From the IMG/VR virus record IMGVR_UViG_3300032050_000027: a stretch of DNA of 61,361 nt; one strand, given 5' to 3'. The position numbers and the translations under genes were made by a program. Numbering within the stretch: the stretch's first letter is position 1; each line of letters opens with the position of its first letter. Under the pieces are notes generated by a model. The model was not told the DNA's origin, did no database searches, and saw only the letters and a list, made by a program, of their open reading frames with translations. Shown here one piece after another: positions 31,220 through 41,487 of this stretch. This stretch comes from an uncultured virus (IMG/VR IMGVR_UViG_3300032050_000027) (taxonomy: Duplodnaviria; Heunggongvirae; Uroviricota; Caudoviricetes).

Positions 31220-32170
31220 ATGACATATTCATCAGGCGGCTTAATTCAGGCCACAGATTACAACGGTTTTGTTAGCACCACTGCTGGCGCCAACGTTAAC
31301 GCCACCTGGAACACAACATATGGGCAAACAGCAGTAGGCACAGTGAGTGCTGCTGGCACAGTAACAGCCACACAATGGGCCAGCTTGGTAAACACTATCA
31401 GCTCGCAGGCCAGCCATCAAGGCACTACAATTACTGCCAGAAGTGCTCCGACCACAGGAACTCTTGTGAGTGTGTTGGCAGCAGTAAACACTGACCTTAC
31501 CAATACCTACAACAATCGATATCAAGCTGTGGCTGTTGGCTCGCAGTTTACTGGCTGGAGTGGTACAAATTCTAAAACAGCAGCCACATCAGGTGCTACC
31601 TGGACTATTACTTTTACTAATACTGTTACCTTTGCATCATCTGCTGCTGCTCAATATTTTTTCAATGCTGGAGGCTTGGTGAAAATTGACGTGGCCAAAT
31701 CAGCAACAGGACAAACAGGCGATCCAGAATGGAATGACTTGGCCTCAACCCTGTGCGGCGATATTTGGATTTCAGGACTGGCATCAGCTCACTCCATCGC
31801 TGGTACATCATACACTGGTGTAACCAAAATTGGCGGAACTGGTACACCAAATACATTGACCACAGGCAACGGTTGGGATGCCCTAACCGCTGGTGGAGCT
31901 GCCGTGATAGTTTACAAACAATTTGCTGACACAGCACCTTACACTGCAAACTTCATTCAGCACTCGCTTGCTAAAAATGCAGGATCAACTGCATTGACTA
32001 TCACCACGCTTTGGTCAGCATCTGACGGCGACCCAATTTCAGGCGGTACGGCTGCTTCAGGTGCAACACCTGGCACAGCGCCTTGTACCATTGTGACCTA
32101 CTATCCACCTAGCACAACATATCTAAGCGCAAGTTGGGGAACCCCTTCAGTCGCCGCAACAACAGCTTAA
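31220..32170 (+). CDS. Thr/Ala/Gly-rich virion structural protein
   Basis: 316 aa; MTYSSGGLIQATDYN, VTATQW..L, QYFFNAGG; last gene of the structural run. Confidence 0.6.
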   Translation: MTYSSGGLIQATDYNGFVSTTAGANVNATWNTTYGQTAVGTVSAAGTVTATQWASLVNTISSQASHQGTTITARSAPTTGTLVSVLAAVNTDLTNTYNNRYQAVAVGSQFTGWSGTNSKTAATSGATWTITFTNTVTFASSAAAQYFFNAGGLVKIDVAKSATGQTGDPEWNDLASTLCGDIWISGLASAHSIAGTSYTGVTKIGGTGTPNTLTTGNGWDALTAGGAAVIVYKQFADTAPYTANFIQHSLAKNAGSTALTITTLWSASDGDPISGGTAASGATPGTAPCTIVTYYPPSTTYLSASWGTPSVAATTA

Positions 32171-32174
32171 CCAA

Positions 32175-32191
32175 AAGGGTTGTAAACCCTT
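32175..32191 (+). terminator. Short hairpin (possible weak terminator) after the structural operon
   Basis: AAGGGTT-gta-AACCCTT, a 7-bp stem without a strong U-tract. Confidence 0.35.
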
Positions 32192-32208
32192 GCACTCTCT
32201 GTTATAAT
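32180..32208 (+). promoter_or_regulatory. Sigma70-type promoter heading the biosynthetic cluster
   Basis: TTGTAA (32180-85), 17 nt, extended -10 TGtTATAAT (hexamer 32203-08), 5 nt before ATG 32214. Confidence 0.6.
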
Positions 32209-32213
32209 TCAAT

Positions 32214-32519
32214 ATGGATACTGAAAACTTAATTGCTCATGCACGAGCAAGATTTGATCACGCCACCGCCAAACGTATTCTCCGAGAAAAATACGAAGCA
32301 CGGATGATCTTTGCGCACGACGGCGGTATGTGGCGTGCTGGCCCTGAACTCATAAACATCTTGGCCACTGTGCCTCCGGGCAATGCAGTGTTATTGGACT
32401 TGTATGAAACTCCTGTACAAGTTAGACCCGAAGAATTGCGTGGTATGGCCATGACTCGCTGGCAAGAGCAAATGAATGCTTGGCTTGCAGAACACAACAA
32501 ACTTAGCAAAAAGAGATGA
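32214..32519 (+). CDS. Hypothetical protein (101 aa)
   Basis: First gene of the overlapping cluster; ATGA overlap with the next gene. Confidence 0.65.
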   Translation: MDTENLIAHARARFDHATAKRILREKYEARMIFAHDGGMWRAGPELINILATVPPGNAVLLDLYETPVQVRPEELRGMAMTRWQEQMNAWLAEHNKLSKKR

Positions 32520-33313
32520 CCACTGGCGCACTGATATTTGCTTTTGACAACGAGCAAACTGATTATATTTCTATGGCAGCATGGTCTGCCAAAAACATAC
32601 ACCGACATCTTGGAATTCCTGTGGCTGTGGTAACTGATTATGAAAACCCGCCAGGCGACTTTGATTATGTCATAAATTCTCAGGCACAAAGTGGTGGTAC
32701 CAGATACTTTGAAGATTACAATCAAACTGTGACTTGGCACAATGCTGGTAGAGTAGATGCATATACACTAAGCCCGTGGGAACAGACCCTGGTACTAGAT
32801 GCAGACTATGTTGTGGCCAGCTCAGACCTCAAAACTGTTTTGGCATGTGACACAGATTTCATGTGTCACAAAACTGCTGTAAATCTTGCTGGCGGCCATC
32901 CGTTAACAGGACTCAATGTATTTGGACGTCACAACATTCCCATGTATTGGGCCACTGTGATGATGTTTCGACGATCAAACACTGCACAGTACATTTTTGA
33001 TTGTATGAACATGATTCGTGACAACTGGCAACACTACAGAGATCTCTATCAGATAGACAAGAAAACTTATAGAAACGACTTTGCGTTGACCATCGCCATC
33101 GGCATTGTAAGCGGGCACACTGGCTCAGTAGACCAAATTCCCTGGCCCTTGATGACTGCCATGCCCGACACTGTGTTGACCAGTAATAGCCCAGACTACT
33201 ACACAATAAATTACATGGACGGTGATCAAAAGCACAAAACTCTGGGTTGGGCAGGTATGGATTTTCACGCCATGGGCAAACGTCATTTGGAGATGATAAT
33301 TGCGTCCCATTGA
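32516..33313 (+). CDS. Putative GT-A glycosyltransferase
   Basis: Y...A...A..I...L..PVAVVTD; YTLSPWEQTLVLDAD (DxD); paralogue of the next gene. Confidence 0.65.
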   Translation: MTTGALIFAFDNEQTDYISMAAWSAKNIHRHLGIPVAVVTDYENPPGDFDYVINSQAQSGGTRYFEDYNQTVTWHNAGRVDAYTLSPWEQTLVLDADYVVASSDLKTVLACDTDFMCHKTAVNLAGGHPLTGLNVFGRHNIPMYWATVMMFRRSNTAQYIFDCMNMIRDNWQHYRDLYQIDKKTYRNDFALTIAIGIVSGHTGSVDQIPWPLMTAMPDTVLTSNSPDYYTINYMDGDQKHKTLGWAGMDFHAMGKRHLEMIIASH

Positions 33314-34067
33314 TGAACAAGGTTATGTGATACTGGCTGTCAACTCTGACAAAGTTGACTACTTGGATTGTGCTAGAACATTGACCAAAACAATCAAACG
33401 TTGGGATCCAGGTGCAAAGGTTTGTTTGATCACAGATGCCAAGCAAAGCAACGATCCCGTATACGATCACTATCGAGTGATTGACAATGTGGATCGTGAA
33501 AACCCTTGGGCCAATGATTGGCAGGTATTCAAGAACTCACCGTTTAGGGAAACCATAAAGCTAGAAGCAGACATGCTGATTGTGAGTGACATATCGCACT
33601 GGTGGACCTTGTTTAGGCATCGTGATGTTGTGGTATCAACTGGTTGCAGAAACTGGCAAGACCAAGTCAGTCTAGCTAGAAACTACAGATCAGTGTTTGA
33701 TGCAAACAACTTACCAGATGTGTACAATGCCATAACTTACTGGCGATTGAGCCTCACAGCTCGAGAGTTCTTTATGTTAGTGCGTGATATATTTGCCAAC
33801 TGGCCGCAATTCAGGCAACTGTTGAAGTTTGCACCCGAAACAGCAGATACTGATCTAGTGTATGCCATGGCAGCTGAAATAATGGGTGTAGAACGTGTGA
33901 CCTTGCCATTTGTTTCATATCCAAAAATTGTACACATGAAACGGCACCACGCTGGCACTGAAACTGAACACTGGGGTCGTGAACTGGTATGGGAATATTC
34001 AGACTGGCGCCTGCGTATCAACACAGTGGCACAGTGGGGTGCATTTCATTACGGGCGAGGCTGGTGA
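33300..34067 (+). CDS. Putative GT-A glycosyltransferase (ExD variant)
   Basis: GYVILA...YLDCA..L..TIK...VCLITD; SPFRETIKLEAD; IVHMK; terminal FHY. Confidence 0.65.
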   Translation: MRPIDEQGYVILAVNSDKVDYLDCARTLTKTIKRWDPGAKVCLITDAKQSNDPVYDHYRVIDNVDRENPWANDWQVFKNSPFRETIKLEADMLIVSDISHWWTLFRHRDVVVSTGCRNWQDQVSLARNYRSVFDANNLPDVYNAITYWRLSLTAREFFMLVRDIFANWPQFRQLLKFAPETADTDLVYAMAAEIMGVERVTLPFVSYPKIVHMKRHHAGTETEHWGRELVWEYSDWRLRINTVAQWGAFHYGRGW

Positions 34068-34396
34068 TGACACCTGAAGAATTTTTTGGCGCATTGGAAC
34101 ACATGCCTATGCCTATGCCTGTAACTTATCGACTGTATCACGATGACCAAGGTTGTCCTTTATTTTACAGCATGGAAGGTCTGCCTGGTACATACATAGA
34201 AATTGATCAAGAAACATTTGCCAAAAATTCCACTCGTGTGCGTGTTCGAGATGGAAAAATTGTAGAAACAACTTGGAAAACCACACAAAAACTTGTACCA
34301 CAAAATTCAGGCACAATGTGTCATCCTGATGATGTAACTATTGTGGTAAAAGAACACGGCACATATTGGAGCAAACAAACTTATGAAACAGATTGA
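34067..34396 (+). CDS. Hypothetical protein (~109 aa)
   Basis: Track ORF 33989-34396; likely start ATG 34067 (TGATG overlap with the upstream stop): MTPEEFFGALEH. Confidence 0.6.
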   Translation: MTPEEFFGALEHMPMPMPVTYRLYHDDQGCPLFYSMEGLPGTYIEIDQETFAKNSTRVRVRDGKIVETTWKTTQKLVPQNSGTMCHPDDVTIVVKEHGTYWSKQTYETD

Positions 34397-35306
34397 CGTT
34401 GCAGACTTAGATTGCATATACTTGAGCTATGACGAACCACAACGAGAAGAATTTTGGGTCAAGATTAGGAATATGGTTCCTTGGGCACAACGGGTGGATG
34501 GCGTTAAAGGGAGCGATGCAGCTCACAAAGCGGCAGCCTCAGCGTCTAGTACGGATAGATTCATTCTCATCGATGGCGACAATCTCCCCGACCCGGCGTT
34601 TTTTAATCAGACACTTGTTTTTCCTAATGAAGAATATGAGAGTGCTGTGTTCCGGTGGCGGGCACGTAACCATATCAACGGACTGATGTATGGCAATGGT
34701 GGCCTGAGCTCTTGGACCAAAGACTTTGTGGGCAACATGCGTACACACGAAGCCACAGATGGTCGCGCAGAAACTGAAGTGGAGTTTTGCTTTGATCCAT
34801 TGTACTGGCCCATGCATGACTGCTACTCCAATACCTATCCCAATGGATCACCATTCCATGCCTGGCGTGCAGGGTTCCGTGAAGGTGTCAAGATGTGCCT
34901 GCAACGTGGGCGCCGACCCACAGTGGAAGAATTTAAAAATCAGGTGCTACGTAATCTTGACAACTTGACTATCTGGCACAACATTGGCACAGACGTTGAT
35001 CATGGAGAATGGGCCATTGCTGGCAGCCGCCAAGGCACATACATGACCATGCTCACAAACTGGGATTACAAGCAGGTGCAAGATTTTGCTGCACTAGAGG
35101 CGCTGTGGAATACTGTGAAAGATTCAAACCCTCGCATACTCAGCAATCAACTGGGCCCAGAACTGGGCACACAATTGGATCTTCCAATGGGTATATTGGA
35201 AGCAGAACAATCAGCGTTCTTCAAATATCACTATCGGTCAGACTGGCGCAATCGTGGTGTTATGACACGCGAGATTGATGTAATTAGACAACAAGAAGGA
35301 TGGTAA
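34383..35306 (+). CDS. Putative GT-A glycosyltransferase
   Basis: DCIYLSYDEP...RVDGVKGSDAAHKAAA....TDRFILIDGDN (DxD); NGLMYGNGG; AWRAGFREGVK. Homologous to the C-terminal domain of 55577-59176. Confidence 0.65.
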   Translation: MKQIDVADLDCIYLSYDEPQREEFWVKIRNMVPWAQRVDGVKGSDAAHKAAASASSTDRFILIDGDNLPDPAFFNQTLVFPNEEYESAVFRWRARNHINGLMYGNGGLSSWTKDFVGNMRTHEATDGRAETEVEFCFDPLYWPMHDCYSNTYPNGSPFHAWRAGFREGVKMCLQRGRRPTVEEFKNQVLRNLDNLTIWHNIGTDVDHGEWAIAGSRQGTYMTMLTNWDYKQVQDFAALEALWNTVKDSNPRILSNQLGPELGTQLDLPMGILEAEQSAFFKYHYRSDWRNRGVMTREIDVIRQQEGW

Positions 35307-35307
35307 T

Positions 35308-36228
35308 ATGAAAAAATTAATCGCAACACTTTTGGCCGCACTGGCATTGCATGCTCAGGCAGAAGTAATCACAATCAAGTCTCCATATGGCGCACAGCAT
35401 GCAGGGCATGCAGCATTGTATAAAATTATGGAAAAAGCCAATACTGCTCAAACTCAGTACGACTTTATACTAGAGTTAAAACCTGGTGCTAACGGAGTGT
35501 TAGCACTAAAAGATCTGGATCGTGCGCCAGCTACATCGCTGGGATTAATTCATGCTGGCTATGTGCAGAATACCATGGACAATTTGCTAAACGAAACAGA
35601 CTATGTTCCGGTTATGGCTCTTGGCGACGCCTGTTGGTTTGTTGCAAGCAACCAGGGTAATGAACAACAGGGTCTACGCAGTTTATATGGTAACCGTTTA
35701 GATCTGGTCATGGGCGGTGTTGGCATTGGAACAGCAGCACATTTGACTTCTATGGAGATTGCTGAAAAAATAAATCACCCCATTAGGTTTGTTAGTTTTA
35801 AATCAGGTGCAGAAGCAAATATTGTATTGGCTGGAGAAAACGGAGTACATGTCAGCATGATGTCAAGCAACGAATTTACAAATTTAAAAACACGGAACCC
35901 TCGCTTGCAAAGACTAGCTGTACATTGTGAACGCAGACTGCCCGAAGCTCCGGGAGTTGCTACCACAAAACAACAAGGCATCACAGCACCGTATGTCTTT
36001 AACACAATTGTGGCCAATGTACACATGCCCGCAACCAAACTACAAGAAATCAAAGTTATATTAAACAATGCTGTGGTTGCAGTTGGTCAAGATCAAATAC
36101 TGGCCATGAGCGATTTTAATCCTCCTAATTTTAGAAATCAAAGTGTTGATGACTATCACAAAGAAAAAGTGCGTGTTATGAAAGCAGCATTGATCAAACA
36201 CCGTGCGGCAATTGAGGCTGCAAAATGA
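35308..36228 (+). CDS. TctC/Bug-family periplasmic substrate-binding protein
   Basis: Signal peptide MKKLIATLLAALALHAQA; ELKPGANG; GGVGIGTAAHL; VSFKSGAE; LAV....RLPEAPGVAT..QQG. Confidence 0.7.
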   Translation: MKKLIATLLAALALHAQAEVITIKSPYGAQHAGHAALYKIMEKANTAQTQYDFILELKPGANGVLALKDLDRAPATSLGLIHAGYVQNTMDNLLNETDYVPVMALGDACWFVASNQGNEQQGLRSLYGNRLDLVMGGVGIGTAAHLTSMEIAEKINHPIRFVSFKSGAEANIVLAGENGVHVSMMSSNEFTNLKTRNPRLQRLAVHCERRLPEAPGVATTKQQGITAPYVFNTIVANVHMPATKLQEIKVILNNAVVAVGQDQILAMSDFNPPNFRNQSVDDYHKEKVRVMKAALIKHRAAIEAAK

Positions 36229-37310
36229 AACGAGTGGTACTGGCTGTCGCTGACCCTTGGAACTATTTTAATCAATGGCCAGGATACAGCTTGTCCATTA
36301 TCAATCCAGACGGCGATGCCAACCGCAAACAATATCTCTTAGACAATTTAGACTGGAGTTTGTTGGTCACATCTGATGGCGTACAACATCGTGATGGTGG
36401 TGATTACGGCGACGAGAAAATGGTAATGTACACTTCAGGCACAACCGGAGATTCAAAGTTTTTTAGTTATTCCACCACTCAGGTACAGCATGTTGTTGAT
36501 AACATAATTGCCAGCTACGAATTAACAGCCAATGATCGATTTTTGAGCGTTATGCCACTGTGGCATGGCCACGGACATATCCTAAACTATGTTGTTGCAA
36601 CCGCTGGCATGCAAGTACACCATGTTCGACCGCCTGACTTGAAAAAACAAATAGAATTCAGCCCAACCTGGGTGTCTGCAATTCCTGACATACTTAGAGT
36701 AATGTCACGCACTCAAAAATTCCCCGACTTGCGATTTGCTAGATCAGCCAGTGTTGCATTGCCCAACCAAGTGTTTGATGATTTAAAAAGATCATTTAAT
36801 ACCCCAATCATTGAATCGTTTGGCATGTCTGAAGCCTGTAGCCATTGCTTTACCAATCCGTTGTATGGTGAACAACGTATAGGAACCATTGGACTTCCTG
36901 ACGGGATTGACGCAGACATACGCAACGGTAGCTTATGGCTGCGCGGCCCACAATGTCACACATCAGATTGGTTTGATACTGAAGACTTGGCTGAGCAAGA
37001 CTCTGCAGGATACTACAAAATACTAGGACGTAGATCAGATCGACTGACCTTGCATGGCATCAAACTAAATCCATTGAGCATAGAAAATCAACTGTACAAT
37101 CACATACCACAACTGGATGAAGTTGTGGTGTTTGGCGAAAACAAAATGATGTGTGTGTACACCGGCAATGTTTTGCCCAATCAAGTGCGACAAGCATTAA
37201 CTGATATTTCCACACACTGTAACCCCAAGTTCCTTAAACAAGTTGAAAGCATACCTAAAAATACCGCAGGCAAAGTATCACGTTCACTGCTAAAGGAAAT
37301 TTACAATTGA
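36225..37310 (+). CDS. AMP-dependent ligase (ANL superfamily, acyl-CoA-synthetase-like), shortened N-terminus
   Basis: YTSGTTGDSK P-loop, ESFGMSEA, WFDTEDL, GR..D, PKNTAGK. Confidence 0.85.
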   Translation: MKRVVLAVADPWNYFNQWPGYSLSIINPDGDANRKQYLLDNLDWSLLVTSDGVQHRDGGDYGDEKMVMYTSGTTGDSKFFSYSTTQVQHVVDNIIASYELTANDRFLSVMPLWHGHGHILNYVVATAGMQVHHVRPPDLKKQIEFSPTWVSAIPDILRVMSRTQKFPDLRFARSASVALPNQVFDDLKRSFNTPIIESFGMSEACSHCFTNPLYGEQRIGTIGLPDGIDADIRNGSLWLRGPQCHTSDWFDTEDLAEQDSAGYYKILGRRSDRLTLHGIKLNPLSIENQLYNHIPQLDEVVVFGENKMMCVYTGNVLPNQVRQALTDISTHCNPKFLKQVESIPKNTAGKVSRSLLKEIYN

Positions 37311-38017
37311 ATATCCTAGTGAACGGACCCAGTGTGTCACGAGGCCCTGGCAGTTGGCCGTACTTGTTGCAAGAGCACTACAACGCCGACCTTGTTAATT
37401 TGAGTCAGGCAGGGGCTGGAAATACTTACATTCATGAAACTACCGTGGCTGAACTTGCACAACGATCTTATGATCTAGTGGCAATCATGTGGGGAGATCA
37501 ACAACGACTAGATATCAAAGTAAAAAACATTGATTATTTTCATGATACTATCTACACCAGCAAATTCCAAAAGGCCATGAATGATTGGCCAGAGAAGATA
37601 GTAGAGCCTGTTAACGACCAAGACTATGTGCAAGACAACTGGGTGTTTGGTTGCGGATACATCAATACCAAAGATCCTTGTTTGGTAGAACTGTTTGATT
37701 CGTATTACCAGCATACTGACATTGACTCTCGATACTTTAGCAGTATTATCAAAATGATCAGTCTCCAGGGCGTACTTAAAAATCTTGGAATAAAATATGT
37801 ATTTTGCGGCACCCGCACATTGCCTTTGTTAAAACGCTACGAACATTTGTACAATCTATTAGATTGGAATTGTATAATCAATGATTTTACTCCCCATCAC
37901 GTGGCCTACCGGGACAATTGCTGGGAAGCTGATCAACTACACCCTGGCCCGGCCGCACACCAAGAATTTGCCAAACACATGATTGCTCAACTTCAACAAA
38001 GACATATACTTACATAA
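37307..38017 (+). CDS. SGNH/GDSL-like protein
   Basis: NGPSVS (block I-like), NLSQAGAGN, C-terminal DQLHPGPAAH; TTG start. Confidence 0.6.
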   Translation: MNILVNGPSVSRGPGSWPYLLQEHYNADLVNLSQAGAGNTYIHETTVAELAQRSYDLVAIMWGDQQRLDIKVKNIDYFHDTIYTSKFQKAMNDWPEKIVEPVNDQDYVQDNWVFGCGYINTKDPCLVELFDSYYQHTDIDSRYFSSIIKMISLQGVLKNLGIKYVFCGTRTLPLLKRYEHLYNLLDWNCIINDFTPHHVAYRDNCWEADQLHPGPAAHQEFAKHMIAQLQQRHILT

Positions 38018-39003
38018 TGATTAATATTCCGCACATTGATCTTAAGATTTGGAATCCTGAATTCAAAACAATTGAAATTGTGTCAGAGTTACAACAGCAC
38101 GGCAATGTGTCTATTGGCATTGACGGCGAAGGCAGTGATTGTGAAACGCTGGGCTTGTATAAACTATTGGATGCAGTATGCAGTAACTTAGGTTACACAC
38201 CCGGCGCCATAAGCATACACACTTGCAATCAATTAGAACACCATTCTTGCTATAAAATTATTAAACATCCGCCGTTGTACATACCCAGCGGGCAACAGTT
38301 TGCATCTCAGCACACGCTACCTGAGAAACGCTGGGACGCAATCAAGCACTTTGGAATTTTTGTTGGACGTAGCAGTTGGCAACGATTGTGGATGGCCAGT
38401 CACACATGGAGCAACTACGGCGACATAACCTCCATGACTTATCATTACGATAGTAGCGTCGATTATCATCGCACACACTTGAGCTTTGATGAACTAGCAT
38501 ATCAAATAGGATTGCCTAATGCAGTTAACACAGCAGGCAAGTTCATGCAACAATTGCCCATCAAGAACGAATCTGTTGATAGCTATCCTATACTAACTCC
38601 AGCACACTTTGCTATTGCTAAACTGTATCCTGATTTTTTTGTGGAAATAGTATGCGAAACTTTTCTAAGCGGCAACAGCTTTTACCCCACGGAAAAAACC
38701 TGGAGACCGTTTATATGTCGTACACCGTTTTTGACTCTGGGCCCACGTGGCTTTTTGGCAAACTTACACAAGCTGGGATTTAGAACATTCTCTCAGTGGT
38801 GGGACGAAAGCTACGACCAAGATGCTGACCTAGACAATGGGCGAATAGCCATCAAGTGTATACAACAAACACAACAACGCTTGAGCATACTCAGCACACA
38901 GGAGCTTGAAGGCATGTACATTGACATGAAAGATACTTTAGAACATAACTATCAACACTTCATGCAGTTAAAAGAAACGGACTTTGTAAAAATATGGCCA
39001 TGA
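38017..39003 (+). CDS. GT10-like putative glycosyltransferase (paralogue 1)
   Basis: EIVCET...PTEKTWRPF...PFLTLG...GFRTF..WWDESYD, shared with four other genes in the window. Confidence 0.55.
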   Translation: MINIPHIDLKIWNPEFKTIEIVSELQQHGNVSIGIDGEGSDCETLGLYKLLDAVCSNLGYTPGAISIHTCNQLEHHSCYKIIKHPPLYIPSGQQFASQHTLPEKRWDAIKHFGIFVGRSSWQRLWMASHTWSNYGDITSMTYHYDSSVDYHRTHLSFDELAYQIGLPNAVNTAGKFMQQLPIKNESVDSYPILTPAHFAIAKLYPDFFVEIVCETFLSGNSFYPTEKTWRPFICRTPFLTLGPRGFLANLHKLGFRTFSQWWDESYDQDADLDNGRIAIKCIQQTQQRLSILSTQELEGMYIDMKDTLEHNYQHFMQLKETDFVKIWP

Positions 39004-40400
39004 ACAAAGGCGATGAAACAGTAGACAACAAGAGTCGGTTCCTAAACTCTGCTGAAAAAATGGCAGAGAACCTAGGCCCTGCGCTGTGCCTGGCCAAATG
39101 GAAGCAAGTGAGCCTGCACCTGCCCACAGGACTTAACAATAGTTGTTACCATCCGCCATTGCACAAGATACCCGTAGAAAACTTAGCTACCAATCCAGGA
39201 TCCTTGCACAACACACCGCACAAGAAAGCGCAACGTGTGATGATGCTACGCAACGAAAAGCCCGCAGAGTGCGAGTACTGCTGGAACATGGAAGCGGAAA
39301 ACAAACTGAGTGACAGGCACTATCGTTCAGGCGAGCCTTGGGCCGCAGTGGACTTTGAAAAGATCCAGAACTCAACAGGAGAAGAAAGTGACGTTATCCC
39401 TAGCTACGTTGAGGTTAATTTTAATAATGTTTGTAATCTCATGTGCAGTTATTGCAGTCCGCAATTCTCTAGCAGCTGGCAACAAGAAGTGGATCGATCA
39501 GGCGGCTACCCTACTGCTCGTGTTCACAATGATCCTGGGCATTTTGGTGGAGATCGCCGGGTTATACCAGTTAGAGAGCATAACCCTTATGTAGACGCAT
39601 TCTGGGAGTGGTGGCCTACTTTGTACCCAGAACTGGTGCATTTCCGCATGACTGGGGGCGAACCCTTGTTAGACAAGAACACATACAGAGTGTTTGATCA
39701 TGTGTTGGAGAACCCATCTGCCAAACTACATTTGAATGTAACATCAAACTTCTCAGTGGATGAAAAGTCATGGCAGAAGTACTTGGGGTATGTCAAGCAG
39801 TTGTGCGACGGGCGCATAGAACACTTCATGCAGTACGTGAGTTTAGACGGCTGGGGCTCACAAGCAGAATACATGCGTCACGGTATGGACTTCAATTTAC
39901 TATGGGACAGGGTAAATCAATTTCTAACAGAAGTACCCAGCTACAACAGTCTAACGTTTATTGTGACCATGAACAATCTATCAGTAACCAGCTTGGAAAA
40001 CCTGTTTGCTGGCATTCTAGGTCTGCGTAAAACCTATAGCAAAACCTATCAACGTGTGTGGTTTGATACACCTGTACTACGCGAACCGGCTTGGCAGAGT
40101 TTGCAAATACTGCCAGAAAGCTATGCTGAACGACTGGAATATCTCTGGGCGTGGATGATACGTTGGACAGAAACTGCCGAAGATCCATTCCACGGATTCA
40201 AAGACTACGAACTTGCTAGACTGGACAGAGACATTGCATGGATGCGAGCAGGCCAAGGACAAGATCATTCCGCAGCAAAGGCAGACTTTTATAGATTCTT
40301 TCGAGAACACGATCGCCGCAGAGGCACTGACTTTTTAAAGACCTTTCCAGAAATGAAAAGCTGGTGGGCAGAATGTGCATATCATGCTAGGAACACATAA
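38994..40400 (+). CDS. Radical SAM enzyme with N-terminal twitch-like Cys domain (paralogue 1)
   Basis: CNLMCSYC; TGGEP; N-terminal CLAKW...SCYHPP...CEYC. Confidence 0.9.
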   Translation: MAMNKGDETVDNKSRFLNSAEKMAENLGPALCLAKWKQVSLHLPTGLNNSCYHPPLHKIPVENLATNPGSLHNTPHKKAQRVMMLRNEKPAECEYCWNMEAENKLSDRHYRSGEPWAAVDFEKIQNSTGEESDVIPSYVEVNFNNVCNLMCSYCSPQFSSSWQQEVDRSGGYPTARVHNDPGHFGGDRRVIPVREHNPYVDAFWEWWPTLYPELVHFRMTGGEPLLDKNTYRVFDHVLENPSAKLHLNVTSNFSVDEKSWQKYLGYVKQLCDGRIEHFMQYVSLDGWGSQAEYMRHGMDFNLLWDRVNQFLTEVPSYNSLTFIVTMNNLSVTSLENLFAGILGLRKTYSKTYQRVWFDTPVLREPAWQSLQILPESYAERLEYLWAWMIRWTETAEDPFHGFKDYELARLDRDIAWMRAGQGQDHSAAKADFYRFFREHDRRRGTDFLKTFPEMKSWWAECAYHARNT

Positions 40401-41487
40401 GCTCATAGTAGACGAATGGGCCGAAGTCTGGGACTTGCTCAAGCCATATGCTGACAGCAGTTTTTGGCAGTTGCCCAGCTTGGATCCTGCCAATGTGTAT
40501 GTTGTTGGCCGTGTGATATTGAAAGACAACTGGCAGACAATAACTGACTGGGCCACTCAGCACCCTGGACGCATTGTGTTCTCCAACCCTGCAGAAGGAT
40601 CAGAAACCATACTGCTACAGCTCAAGCGACTGCGCATTGCTGACTTGGTCCAAGACGGGCGCATAGGACTGTTGACGTCTGGGGATTTAGAACCAGGGTG
40701 GAGCTATTGTAAAACAGACTGTTACTTTTCAAACATAGTGGAATACACAGAAAACAAATCGGCGCAACTACAAGCTGACATGGATTCAAAAGCGCATCGC
40801 CCATATGATTTTCTTTTTTTAAATGGCCGCCTGCGCCCACATCGCAAAGCACTGATAGACGGCCTGCGTGAAAATCAGCTGTTGGATCATGCATTATGGA
40901 CCAACCTGGGCAGTTCTGTTGAAATGGCATTTACTTCTGCACTGCAAACCAATCAGCTTGAGCCTATTAGACTGTTGCCCCCAGAATATGAAATTGAACG
41001 TGCTGTACCCAACATGGAATCAGCGTATGCACACAGTTTTTGCAAGCATCATTTGTTTGGCAATACCTGGGGCGATGCCATTGTTAATCCTGCTTGCTAC
41101 ACAAGCACATGGTTCTCAGTGGTAACAGAAACCATATTTGATTACCCGCACACATTTAGAACAGAAAAGATATGGAAGCCCATATTAATGGCACACCCAT
41201 TTGTGGCAGCTGCCAACAGGGGTTACTTGCGAGACTTGCGCAACGCAGGATTCCGCACGTTCCACAACTACATCGACGAATCCTACGACCAAATTGATTG
41301 TCCAAGCAAGCGAATAGATAGTATAATAGCAACAATTGGCGAGATCTGTCAGAACGGTGCTGCTGAATTCTGGACAGCCGCCCAGGATATCTGTAAATAT
41401 AATCAACAGCACCTAGTGGAGCACAATCAATTGGAACGTGCCCAACTCCCCATCAATTTAGAAAAGTATTTAGATGAACGATCTTGA
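40384..41487 (+). CDS. GT10-like putative glycosyltransferase (paralogue 2)
   Basis: FLFLNGRLRPHR; SVVTET...RTEKIWKPI..HPFV...GFRTF..YIDESYD. Start 40375 or 40384. Confidence 0.55.
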   Translation: MLGTHKLIVDEWAEVWDLLKPYADSSFWQLPSLDPANVYVVGRVILKDNWQTITDWATQHPGRIVFSNPAEGSETILLQLKRLRIADLVQDGRIGLLTSGDLEPGWSYCKTDCYFSNIVEYTENKSAQLQADMDSKAHRPYDFLFLNGRLRPHRKALIDGLRENQLLDHALWTNLGSSVEMAFTSALQTNQLEPIRLLPPEYEIERAVPNMESAYAHSFCKHHLFGNTWGDAIVNPACYTSTWFSVVTETIFDYPHTFRTEKIWKPILMAHPFVAAANRGYLRDLRNAGFRTFHNYIDESYDQIDCPSKRIDSIIATIGEICQNGAAEFWTAAQDICKYNQQHLVEHNQLERAQLPINLEKYLDERS

